Source: a virus
Lineage: Duplodnaviria > Caudoviricetes
DNA: 56,400 nt
IMG/VR virus record: IMGVR_UViG_3300037488_002133
Span: 1-56,400 of that record
Direction: 5' to 3' (one strand)
In this document: positions 30,339 through 37,885 of the stretch, one piece after another
How the letters are laid out: every line of letters starts with the position of its first letter
Position numbering within the stretch: position 1 is the stretch's first letter
The notes under the pieces: model-generated
Database searches by the model: none
Told to the model about the DNA's origin: nothing
Seen by the model: only the letters and a program-made list of their open reading frames with translations
Translations under genes and position numbers: made by a program

Positions 30339-30557
30339 CTAGAACGAGGGTTGGACGGCATCTTCTCGCGTATCGACGCGGTCGATACCGTGGTGGGGAG
30401 TGAACCGATAGAACGAACGACCGTCGAGGCTTTCGAGGGCATAGACGTCGGGACGGAAGTCGCCGGGCGTGGCGATGGAGCAAAGAACGCGGAGGCGTAG
30501 GAAGCCGACGCGAACGACGGAGCCTGCGCTCCAATTCTGGCGGGAACGTGTGATCAT
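30339..30557 (-). CDS. Hypothetical protein
   Basis: 72-aa ORF (QNWSAGSVVRVGFLRL..FTPHHG) resembling small phage early proteins. Confidence 0.6.
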   Translation of the reverse strand: MITRSRQNWSAGSVVRVGFLRLRVLCSIATPGDFRPDVYALESLDGRSFYRFTPHHGIDRVDTREDAVQPSF

Positions 30558-30596
30558 GTTGTGTAGTTGGATGTTGGTTACTGACGTGGAAAGTTA

Positions 30597-30623
30597 ACCA
30601 CCCTCCCCCGAGGGGAGGGTGGT
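30597..30623 (-). terminator. Perfect 12-bp hairpin after the VWA gene (terminator or processing site)
   Basis: ACCACCCTCCCC-cga-GGGGAGGGTGGT. Confidence 0.55.
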
Positions 30624-30629
30624 GGTCGG

Positions 30630-31892
30630 TCACAGCTCGACGTGGACCGTGCGCCCCGTCTGAGCGACGGTGTCTGTAGTGGACAACCAGAGGGTGGCGA
30701 CATCCACGCTCTCTGGCTCGTCACCGCAGAGGTCCGTGAGGTAGACCAAGCCCGCCACCGTCTCGCCCGCCTCGACCAACTCCGCCACTCGGGCGAACGG
30801 CTCGTGGAAGTCGGTGCCGCCGCCGCCCTTGGCGTGCAGTGGCGCGTCCTCGCCCGGTGCGAGGCGATACTCGGCGTGGATGATCGTGTCGCAGTCCATG
30901 ACGAGCGCCTCGCAGTTGAGGTCGGCGCAGCACTGCGAGATGAGCGCCGTGAACTCCGCCGTGAGCTTATCGTCAATCGATCCGCTGGTGTCGCGGACGA
31001 ACACCACGAGGCCGGTCGACTCGACCTTGCGGCGGGGGTAGATGACCGGAGCACCCGCGAAACGGCGGGCGCTGCGGGTCCAGTCGTTGCGGGTCGCGAT
31101 GCTGGACTTGAGGAAGTCGGCGGTCTCGTCCTTCCAGTGGAGCTTCACGGGTGCCTTGAGGGCATCGAGCAGGCGCTGGAGCTCGGCGGGCGCGGTACCC
31201 TTGCCGAGCGCACGGGAGGCTTGGTCGGCCTGCACCAGCGCCCTATCCCACTTTTCCTTCACCGAGGGCGGGGGCGTCTTGCCGGGGAGCGGTGCAGGGG
31301 TCGGCGCTGGAGCCTCGAAGCCACCGCACCCGCCAACGTCTGGCGGGGGCTGACCGTTGGGGTCGGGCTGACCGTTGGGGTCGGGCTGACCGTTGGGGTC
31401 GGGCTGCGGCTGACCACCACCCTGCGGGGGCTGACCACCCTGCGGGGGCGGCGGGGGGTCGCGGCGAATGGCGGCGAGGATCTCTTCCTCGGCGAGACCG
31501 TCGTACTTGGTGTCACGCAGTCCGCCTTTGGGCATCATTACGCCCGCCAACTTCTCGAGGACGGCGTTGATTGCGTAGTCGCCCGCCATGTTGCCTTCCT
31601 CGTTGAGCGGGAGACGGTGAAAGTGGTCGTGGGCGCAGTGGAGGGTCTCGTGGAAGAGGACGAAGCGGACTTCCTCGGTCGTGAGCTTGGCGACGAAATC
31701 GGGGTTCCAGCGGATCACGGCACCGTCGGTGCAGGCTGTGGGGACCGTGGGGTCGATGACGTCGCGGAGGTTAGATGCGAGCGAGCCGTAGAAGGCGGCG
31801 TGCGGGGTCGTGAGGCCCCAGTAACGGGCCTTGTCGATTTCGATGGGGATCGGGATGTTGGACATGGTGATATCGGTTGTGGGATGATGCAT
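30630..31892 (-). CDS. DUF2201-like metallopeptidase + VWA domain protein
   Basis: TACTDG, FVLFHETLH (HExxH), DTSGS (MIDAS), GGGGTDF, YLTD; QPDPNG linker repeats. Confidence 0.88.
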   Translation of the reverse strand: MHHPTTDITMSNIPIPIEIDKARYWGLTTPHAAFYGSLASNLRDVIDPTVPTACTDGAVIRWNPDFVAKLTTEEVRFVLFHETLHCAHDHFHRLPLNEEGNMAGDYAINAVLEKLAGVMMPKGGLRDTKYDGLAEEEILAAIRRDPPPPPQGGQPPQGGGQPQPDPNGQPDPNGQPDPNGQPPPDVGGCGGFEAPAPTPAPLPGKTPPPSVKEKWDRALVQADQASRALGKGTAPAELQRLLDALKAPVKLHWKDETADFLKSSIATRNDWTRSARRFAGAPVIYPRRKVESTGLVVFVRDTSGSIDDKLTAEFTALISQCCADLNCEALVMDCDTIIHAEYRLAPGEDAPLHAKGGGGTDFHEPFARVAELVEAGETVAGLVYLTDLCGDEPESVDVATLWLSTTDTVAQTGRTVHVEL

Positions 31893-32692
31893 TACAGGCT
31901 GAACAGGGAGCAGAGGTCGGTAGCGCGTTGCGCTACGTTGGCGCGGGCGATGGGGTCGTCGCGCAGGGTCTCGGCGTCGAACTCGGTGAGCTCGGCGGCT
32001 TGGGCCGCAAGGGCGGCGATCTGGGGGTCGTCGCGCAGGTTCAGGTCCGGTACCAGAGCGAGAATCTCGCTCAGGTTACTGACGAGCGTGTCCCTGAAGA
32101 TGCCTTTGGGATCGCGCAGCTTCTGGGCGACCTTGAGGATCGCCTCGGCGAGGCGCTCGCGGAGCTCGTCCTGAGCCGCCTTGCTGGCCTCGTCGATCCA
32201 CTCGGCCCACTGCCCGACGTCGGGGACGGGGAGGTAGCGGGTCGCAAAGGAGAACCGAGCCGCCACGACGTCGTGGGCGGGCCATTGGCTGGCGACGTAC
32301 AGACCATTGAGGCGGGCTGGGGCGTCGGCACGCACGCGGTCGTAATCGGCGAGGAACTGGGAGACGAGGGTGTCGATCCGTACGCCGAACGACTGCATGA
32401 GCGCCGAGTGCTCGAACTGGCGGGCGGCGGGCAGGAGGCGAAGACCCTTGTCGGCTGCGGGCAAGGTGAGCCGGTAGTGCTCGGCGCGGGCCTCCGTGTG
32501 AAGGCGGGCGATCTCTTCCAAGGCGGGGTGGTTGCAGATCTTGACGTCGACCCGCGCTTCGTCGCGCAGACCGTGGCGGGCATTCTCGGCGGCAGTTTCG
32601 GCGGCGTGGCGTTTGACGGTGCGCCAGGCGCCCACGTTCAACGTGGCGATGACGGCTTTTGATGACAGGCGGGCGGTGGTGGGAGCATTCAT
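31892..32692 (-). CDS. Hypothetical protein (DUF3150-like) of the AAA/VWA module
   Basis: Helical 266-aa protein between AAA and VWA genes; LNLRDDPQI motif. Confidence 0.6.
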   Translation of the reverse strand: MNAPTTARLSSKAVIATLNVGAWRTVKRHAAETAAENARHGLRDEARVDVKICNHPALEEIARLHTEARAEHYRLTLPAADKGLRLLPAARQFEHSALMQSFGVRIDTLVSQFLADYDRVRADAPARLNGLYVASQWPAHDVVAARFSFATRYLPVPDVGQWAEWIDEASKAAQDELRERLAEAILKVAQKLRDPKGIFRDTLVSNLSEILALVPDLNLRDDPQIAALAAQAAELTEFDAETLRDDPIARANVAQRATDLCSLFSL

Positions 32693-32734
32693 GGTTATAT
32701 CTGTTTTTGGTTGTTATGGATTGAGAACTGAAGA

Positions 32735-32775
32735 GAGCCGCCCCCAGCACTATTGGAAAGTGCTGGGGGCAGCTC
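32735..32775 (-). other. Long intergenic hairpin (about 16-17 bp)
   Basis: GAGCTGCCCCCAGCAC-loop-GTGCTGGGGGCGGCTC; one G-U pair forms on the minus strand only. Confidence 0.65.
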
Positions 32776-32790
32776 GATGAGGTCTCAGGG

Positions 32791-33825
32791 TTACGTGGTG
32801 AAGAGCGCCTGATTGGCGAGCCACCATTCCTGCCATGCTTTGTTGCCCACGAGCTTGGCACCGAGGCGGGCAAAGGCATCGCGGGCGCAGTACGCGCCCA
32901 TCACTCGCGGCAGGCGGGCGATGTACGTGACGAGCTGCGAGGCGTACTTGGCCTCGACGGCGCGACCGAGCATGGCGGCGATCAGGTACTGGGCTGCTGG
33001 GTCCGTGGGGACCGGAGCGCCGTGGGGGTCCATCCAGACCTGCTGGGGGGTCGGGAGCTGATCGGCGAGCGCGGCAAACGCGAGGAACTCCGCAGCGGCA
33101 GGTTTGCCGATTGCGGCGGAGACCGTCGCGAAGTCCCGCAGGCCAGCCTCCCAGAGGTGACCCACGGTCTCCCACGAGCGGAAGTCGGGCATACGGAGGG
33201 CGGGGTCCGCTGCGGGCTTCCACGCGTAGAGCGTGCGCCCCGTGGTGCTGCGGTGCCACGCGATGAGCTCGGGGCAGAACCCCTGCTGGCCTGCCCAGTT
33301 GGCCCATGCGTCGACCTCGTCACGCCACGTCGTGAGGTAGGTGGGGCCATCGGCCTTGTCCTCCGTCAACGGCGTTGCAATCGCAAATGCAACGTGGAAG
33401 CGGGAGCGGAGCGGCTCGCAGAGCGAGGTCACGCCTGCCTTGTCGCCCGGTCGATTGGTGGCACCCCAGATGACGACCGACTTGCTGATCGCGCCGTCGT
33501 CGAAGAGGGCCATCGCTGCGGCCTGCACGTCGACAGGCGCTTGGCCGAGGTCGTCCAAGAAGAGCAGGGTGGGGGTGGTGGTGTGCCGCAAGTCCCAGAG
33601 CAGTTGCAAGGGGAGCGACTCCGTGACGCCCTTGGCTTGGTTGGGCACGTAGCAGCCGCCTAAATCGACCCTCTCTGCCAGAGCAGAGCGGAACACGATG
33701 AGCTTGCGATTGCAGTCGAGGGCGGCGGCGGCTACGCGGGCCGTTTTGGCACAGCCGGGCGGGCCGACGAGGAGGACGCGGCGATTGGCATTGAGGAGCT
33801 GGGTGAGGCGGGATGATGAGGACAT
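32791..33825 (-). CDS. MoxR-like AAA+ ATPase
   Basis: GPPGCAKT Walker A, LFLDD Walker B, GATN sensor, LRSRF Arg finger. Confidence 0.85.
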   Translation of the reverse strand: MSSSSRLTQLLNANRRVLLVGPPGCAKTARVAAAALDCNRKLIVFRSALAERVDLGGCYVPNQAKGVTESLPLQLLWDLRHTTTPTLLFLDDLGQAPVDVQAAAMALFDDGAISKSVVIWGATNRPGDKAGVTSLCEPLRSRFHVAFAIATPLTEDKADGPTYLTTWRDEVDAWANWAGQQGFCPELIAWHRSTTGRTLYAWKPAADPALRMPDFRSWETVGHLWEAGLRDFATVSAAIGKPAAAEFLAFAALADQLPTPQQVWMDPHGAPVPTDPAAQYLIAAMLGRAVEAKYASQLVTYIARLPRVMGAYCARDAFARLGAKLVGNKAWQEWWLANQALFTT

Positions 33826-33853
33826 AGGAGGACTGGGTTGGGTGAGGCGGGCT

Positions 33854-33907
33854 GGACTCGTCAGCAGTGCAGAGAGCACTGGACGCCCCGTGGGGGGCGT
33901 TTCGTCC
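33854..33907 (-). ncRNA. Hammerhead ribozyme, type II (copy 1)
   Basis: GGAC-GAAA-CGCCCC(CCAC)GGGGCG-UC^CAGUGC(UCUCU)GCACUG-CUGACGA-GUCC; full core and three helices; predicted cut between 33882 and 33881. Confidence 0.9.
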
Positions 33908-34239
33908 TATTGGCGGCGGTCGGCGGCGTCGGTCCCTAACCACCACTGCGGAAGCCGGTGGTCGGTGGTGAATGCACCAGTGGTGGCGGTCGTGTAGTCG
34001 AGGGCCGCGACCGTAGCGGCGTCCCACGCAGTGAGGGCCGCTTGGCGGGCGGCGAAGGTGAGGGCGGATGCGGCATCGGCGGCATCGGCCTCGGCGATGG
34101 CAGCGGAGAGGGCGGAGCGAGCGGCGTCGACTGCAGCCGCCGCCGCGATGGCGCGGTCGTAGGCAGCGCGGTCGGCGATGCTGGCGGCAGACCATGTGGC
34201 GTAGGTTAGTGCGGAGGCGTTTTCGTAGGTGGTTTTCAT
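33907..34239 (-). CDS. Ala-rich helical protein (110 aa) flanked by two hammerheads
   Basis: MKTTYENA..; TAG overlaps the first base of ribozyme copy 1; paralogous to 34326-34742. Confidence 0.7.
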   Translation of the reverse strand: MKTTYENASALTYATWSAASIADRAAYDRAIAAAAAVDAARSALSAAIAEADAADAASALTFAARQAALTAWDAATVAALDYTTATTGAFTTDHRLPQWWLGTDAADRRQ

Positions 34240-34264
34240 AGGAGGAACAGGAGTGAGGCGGGCT

Positions 34265-34317
34265 GGACTCGTCAGCAGTGCAGAGAGCACTGGACGCCCC
34301 GTGGGGGCGTTTCGTCC
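34265..34317 (-). ncRNA. Hammerhead ribozyme, type II (copy 2)
   Basis: Identical to copy 1 except one C fewer in loop III; predicted cut between 34293 and 34292. Confidence 0.9.
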
Positions 34318-34325
34318 TGTGGGGG

Positions 34326-34742
34326 TTAGTAGTCGGCGAGGACGGCAAGTGGGGACACATACGCTGGCGCGGTGCGCGGTGCGGCGTAGGCGCTGCGGGC
34401 CGCGACCTCGGCGCGTGCGGTGGTGAGTTTGTCCCACGCGTCGAACGCCGCTTGGCGGACGGCGAACGAGCGATCCGATGCGGCGATGGCCGCGTCGTTC
34501 TCGGCCCGAGCGGCGTCGTAGGCATCGTAGGCGGCTCGAGCCGCTTGGCGGAAAGCGAACGAGGGGTCCGAGGTGGCCCACGAGACTGCGTCGATCTCGT
34601 CCGACACCTTGGTGGCGGCGGCGAGGGCGTGATAGCTCGTGGTGCGGCGATCGTACGCAGCGCGGTCTGCGGCGGCGGCTGCGACGTAGACGTTGAAGGC
34701 GAGTTCGGCGGCTTGGCTAACGATGGAGTAGGAGGATGACAT
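34326..34742 (-). CDS. Ala-rich helical protein (138 aa), first gene of the early operon
   Basis: MSSSYSIV..; shares ADRAAYDR and FAxRQAAxxAWD with the downstream ORF. Confidence 0.7.
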   Translation of the reverse strand: MSSSYSIVSQAAELAFNVYVAAAAADRAAYDRRTTSYHALAAATKVSDEIDAVSWATSDPSFAFRQAARAAYDAYDAARAENDAAIAASDRSFAVRQAAFDAWDKLTTARAEVAARSAYAAPRTAPAYVSPLAVLADY

Positions 34743-34747
34743 AGGAG

Positions 34748-34774
34748 GACTGGGTTGACTGGGTTGACTGGGTT
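34748..34774. repeat. 3x GACTGGGTT tandem repeat
   Basis: Directly visible; one more copy at 33831 upstream of the AAA gene. Confidence 0.85.
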
Positions 34775-34783
34775 GATTGAAGC

Positions 34784-35169
34784 GTGAGTGCTTCCTACAG
34801 GGCTCACGGGGAGCGTGGGCGCTGTAGGAAACACTCACTGGAGTGTTCCTGCCCGATTGTCCCCCACGTCGGTTAAGAGCGTAGTTTTGTCGGGCGATGC
34901 ACGGCTGGCGGGGGGATGACCAGTGTGTCCCTCGGTGCGCTGGTTGGAGCGCGTTTGTCGAGGGCAGCTATTACGACCAGATGAAGGGTCGAGGCGGGGG
35001 AGATAGATCAGTCGGAGGGAGTTACCCCTGCAGTCGATCACTTCCTTTACGCTTGGCTCACCATCCCCCATCGCGGCGTAGCGCGACTTTCGGAGCCCTT
35101 GGAGTGGGAGTGAGGGGGGAAGCGTTTGGCTCGTTGAGCCGCTCGCTTTCTACCGTCCTCGCTGCCACT
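34784..35169 (-). ncRNA. Candidate ~390-nt structured RNA / 5' leader of the early operon
   Basis: No credible ORF; many nested helices; starts ~35 nt after TTGACC. Confidence 0.5.
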
Positions 35170-35204
35170 GAAAACAAGCTGCTGGATGATGGGGGCTCGG
35201 TCAA
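35170..35204 (-). promoter_or_regulatory. Putative early promoter
   Basis: TTGACC-N17-CAGCTT on the minus strand. Confidence 0.45.
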
Positions 35205-35480
35205 GCGCATAAAACAGAATCTGTTTACGATTGTTCACAAAGTGTTGGAGATGAGGCAATTAAAGTTTCGTCGATTTTTGAGGGTTTTGGGATATCCAAG
35301 GCGTGGATACGAAATTAGGAGCATCCTTATGGGTAGGTTATCTCTATAATTGTATGGAAAAAAATAAGAGAGTAAGGGTAGGGATACAGTATATAAATAT
35401 TAGAGAGGGGTTTCCCCATTGACCTACCCATAAGTCTGTCGAGAGTTGACTCGGCGGCGACGGAGCGCACACTGGTCGGC

Positions 35481-35756
35481 ATGGAGACGATCTACGACCA
35501 CCACTACCACAACCCCGACTTGAATCCGAAAAAGCGATACAGGGAGCGGCAGCGTGATCGGTTCCTCTGCGTGCATTGTCCGCAGCCAACGGTGCCCGGT
35601 TACGTCCGGTGCCAGCGCCACCTAATGGTGAGGCGGGCTCGGCGAGTCGGCGAGTCGGCCAAGGCTACGGCTCGAAAGCATGAGCGGGAGCGGCAGGAAA
35701 TGTGGATGCTGATGCTCGCGGCTCGGGTCCGTCGTGGTCAGGCCGATGTCATCTGA
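35481..35756 (+). CDS. Small basic protein with possible Zn-finger
   Basis: CVHC..C..H motif; TTGACT 35 nt upstream. Confidence 0.55.
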   Translation: METIYDHHYHNPDLNPKKRYRERQRDRFLCVHCPQPTVPGYVRCQRHLMVRRARRVGESAKATARKHERERQEMWMLMLAARVRRGQADVI

Positions 35757-36045
35757 GACTGGGTCTCAATAGGGTCAAAAACAGGGCTTTCGTAAGTGCC
35801 TGAAAACAGGTGGTTTACGTGAGTCGAAACAAACGGGTCGAAATCGATTCTAAGGCCCATTGCGGCCAATCCTCGGGGGGTCGGGCAAAAACGAGGGCAC
35901 TGGTAGCGGTTGTCAGATGATTTGTTGGGGGACCAATGAGTTAGGTGATTTCGGAATTTCGGAATAGGGGCCGCAGAATCGATTTAAACGGGGGTGGGCG
36001 ATTTAAGGCTTGATTTGAGGCTTATTGCGACTGAGTCTCAGTCTC

Positions 36046-36699
36046 ATGTCGAATCTGGGGATAGCGCCGTCGCGGCGTCGAGTGGCGAGCGTTGATTGGC
36101 TTGCTGCGCGTAAAGCATTCATTGAGCGGGCAGAGCGCCCGACGGTCACGGAGTTGGCGGCTGAGTTCGGCTGCACCGTGGAGCGGATGAACCGCGCCAA
36201 CGCTGATGAAGGCTGGGCCACGCTCCGCGCTGCTCATCTGGAGAAGCAGTTGCGGAGTGGGGATGCCGCTGTGGCGCTGATGCGGGCCGCGCAGGCCGAT
36301 AGCGCCGTGACCCATGCCGTGAGCAACTTGGCATTGGAGGTGATCCAGCAGCTCCACGAGGTAGTGGCGAAAGCGGCGACCGTGAGCAAGGCCGAGAACA
36401 CCAAGGCCAACACCTTGAACACGGTGACCTTCGCCCTGCGGAACCTTACGGGAGCACTCAAGGAGGTGGGCATCGTGGGGGTGCCCAAATCCTTAAAGGA
36501 GTCGGCTGGGGTCGATAGCGGCAACGGTCGCTGGAACCCCGCGATGCTGGCCAGCCTGAACGTCACGGTCCAGAACCTGATGGCCCCGCCCGCGCCAACG
36601 GCTGCGATTCTCGGGGGGTCCGAGCGTCGGATCGGTCTCGACGCCACCAATCTGGTGCAGGCCGATGCCGTGAGGGTCGCCGCCGACGACGTTCTGTGA
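36046..36699 (+). CDS. Putative terminase small subunit / HTH protein
   Basis: N-terminal DW..RKAF..RPTVTELAAEFG..RANADEGW HTH followed by helical region; inference. Confidence 0.55.
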   Translation: MSNLGIAPSRRRVASVDWLAARKAFIERAERPTVTELAAEFGCTVERMNRANADEGWATLRAAHLEKQLRSGDAAVALMRAAQADSAVTHAVSNLALEVIQQLHEVVAKAATVSKAENTKANTLNTVTFALRNLTGALKEVGIVGVPKSLKESAGVDSGNGRWNPAMLASLNVTVQNLMAPPAPTAAILGGSERRIGLDATNLVQADAVRVAADDVL

Positions 36700-36760
36700 C
36701 GACCGTCACCGAACCGGAGGCGGCGACAGGGGGTTGACGCCGCAACCGGATGTCAGGCGT

Positions 36761-36820
36761 GATCTGAACCACGATCTGAACCACGATCTGAACCACGATC
36801 TGAACCACGATCTGAACCAT
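36761..36820. repeat. 5x 12-bp tandem repeat GATCTGAACCAC
   Basis: Copies at 36761, 36773, 36785, 36797, 36809 (last ends in T). Confidence 0.95.
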
Positions 36821-36836
36821 GATATGATACAGAGAT

Positions 36837-36889
36837 TGAGACTCAGTCTCAGTGCGATTGAGACTCAGTCTCAGTGAGATTGAGTCTCA
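36837..36889. repeat. Cluster of TGAGAC-N3-GTCTCA palindromes
   Basis: 36837-36851, 36859-36873, 36875-36889; related copies at 35754-35768 and 36026-36046. Confidence 0.85.
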
Positions 36890-36991
36890 ATATCAACGCC
36901 CCACCCCCCCCCGCCCCCGCCCTGCATAAGCATATACCCCTCTCAGATTCCGCTATAGTTTTTCACTATTCACGAATAAACAAATTCTGTT

Positions 36992-37885
36992 TTATACGAT
37001 CATCCAGCCGTCTGTCCGGTAGCAATCGGGCAACGGATAGTCGTACCGGACGTGTTTCCGGCGATTCCAACTTGCAGGAATTACTTGCAGGTTTCTGTGG
37101 CAGTGCGATCCACCCAGTGCAAGCGGAACGATGTGGTCTACTTCGTGGGTTACTCCGAGGCACTTAGATACCCGAGAGGCAATGACGTAAAACCCCGCTA
37201 CAAACGCCTTGTTTACGTCTGGGGACAATGCCTTCAACTTGGCGGCACGACGTCGAGCCTTAAACATTCGCTTTTTTTCGGGGTTGGCCTTGTTCCACGC
37301 ATTGGCCATCGCCCGTATTTTTTCGCGATTGGCCTTGCTCCACGCAGCATTTGCCGCCCGCTTTTTTTCGGGATTGGCCTTGGCCCACGCAGTGGATGCC
37401 GCCCGCTTTTTTTCGGGGTTGGCCTTGGCCCACGCAGCGGATAACGCTTGCCTTTTTTCGGGGTTGGCCTTGTTCCACGCGGCTGTTGACGCTTGCCTTT
37501 TTTCGGGATTTGACTTTCTCCACGCAGCGGATGCCGCTCGGACCCTTTCGGGGTTGGCCTTGGCCCACGCAGCGGATGCCGCTCGGACCCTTTCGGGGTT
37601 GGCCTTGGACCACGCAGCATTTAACGCCCGCTTTTTTTCGGGATTGGCCTTGGCCCACGCGGCTGTTGACGCCCGTTTTCTTTCGCGATTAGCCTTGAAC
37701 CACGCAGCGTTTGACGCCCGTTTTCTTTCGCGATTGGCCTTGGTCCACGCAGCGTTTGACGCCTGTGTTTTTTTTAAGAGGTTTGCAAACATTTCTGGCA
37801 AGAGCCAGTACTCTTGTCCGGTACCACTCTGGTGACTCCAAAAAATCATCCCATCTTCCCGGATAATGCCTCGTCTCAGTTTCAT
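36992..37885 (-). CDS. HNH endonuclease with eleven 15-aa tandem repeats
   Basis: HEVDHIVPL..GGSH...NLQVI...N..K; repeats like EKKRAASAAWAKANP. Confidence 0.88.
   Translation of the reverse strand: MKLRRGIIREDGMIFWSHQSGTGQEYWLLPEMFANLLKKTQASNAAWTKANRERKRASNAAWFKANRERKRASTAAWAKANPEKKRALNAAWSKANPERVRAASAAWAKANPERVRAASAAWRKSNPEKRQASTAAWNKANPEKRQALSAAWAKANPEKKRAASTAWAKANPEKKRAANAAWSKANREKIRAMANAWNKANPEKKRMFKARRRAAKLKALSPDVNKAFVAGFYVIASRVSKCLGVTHEVDHIVPLALGGSHCHRNLQVIPASWNRRKHVRYDYPLPDCYRTDGWMIV

Noticed and set aside
30642-32174. 510-aa + strand ORF and similar long antisense ORFs (e.g. 12863-14149) or alternative-frame ORFs (33320-34834)
   Set aside because: Shadows of GC-rich genes that have clear motifs in another frame or strand
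32728-32787. Third hammerhead on the + strand (CTGAAGA followed by a long stem)
   Set aside because: Stem is followed by GATG rather than GAAA, stems I and III do not form properly, and it is antisense to the operon
33879-33909. Stop read-through fusing the 110-aa ORF to the AAA ATPase, or rolling-circle translation of the 411-nt unit
   Set aside because: In-frame arrangement has a 1-in-3 chance, the equivalent junction at copy 2 is out of frame, and there is no evidence for TAG recoding
33854-34317. Autonomous retroelement or DGR
   Set aside because: No reverse transcriptase in the window, no target-site duplication seen, no adenine-specific variation between repeats
36761-36889. Possible CRISPR array
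   Set aside because: Repeats are 12-15 bp and adjacent, with no unique spacers; no cas operon (DUF2800 is an ordinary phage nuclease)
37209-37835. Repeat-containing ORFs overlapping the HNH gene
   Set aside because: By-products of the stop-free 45-bp repeat
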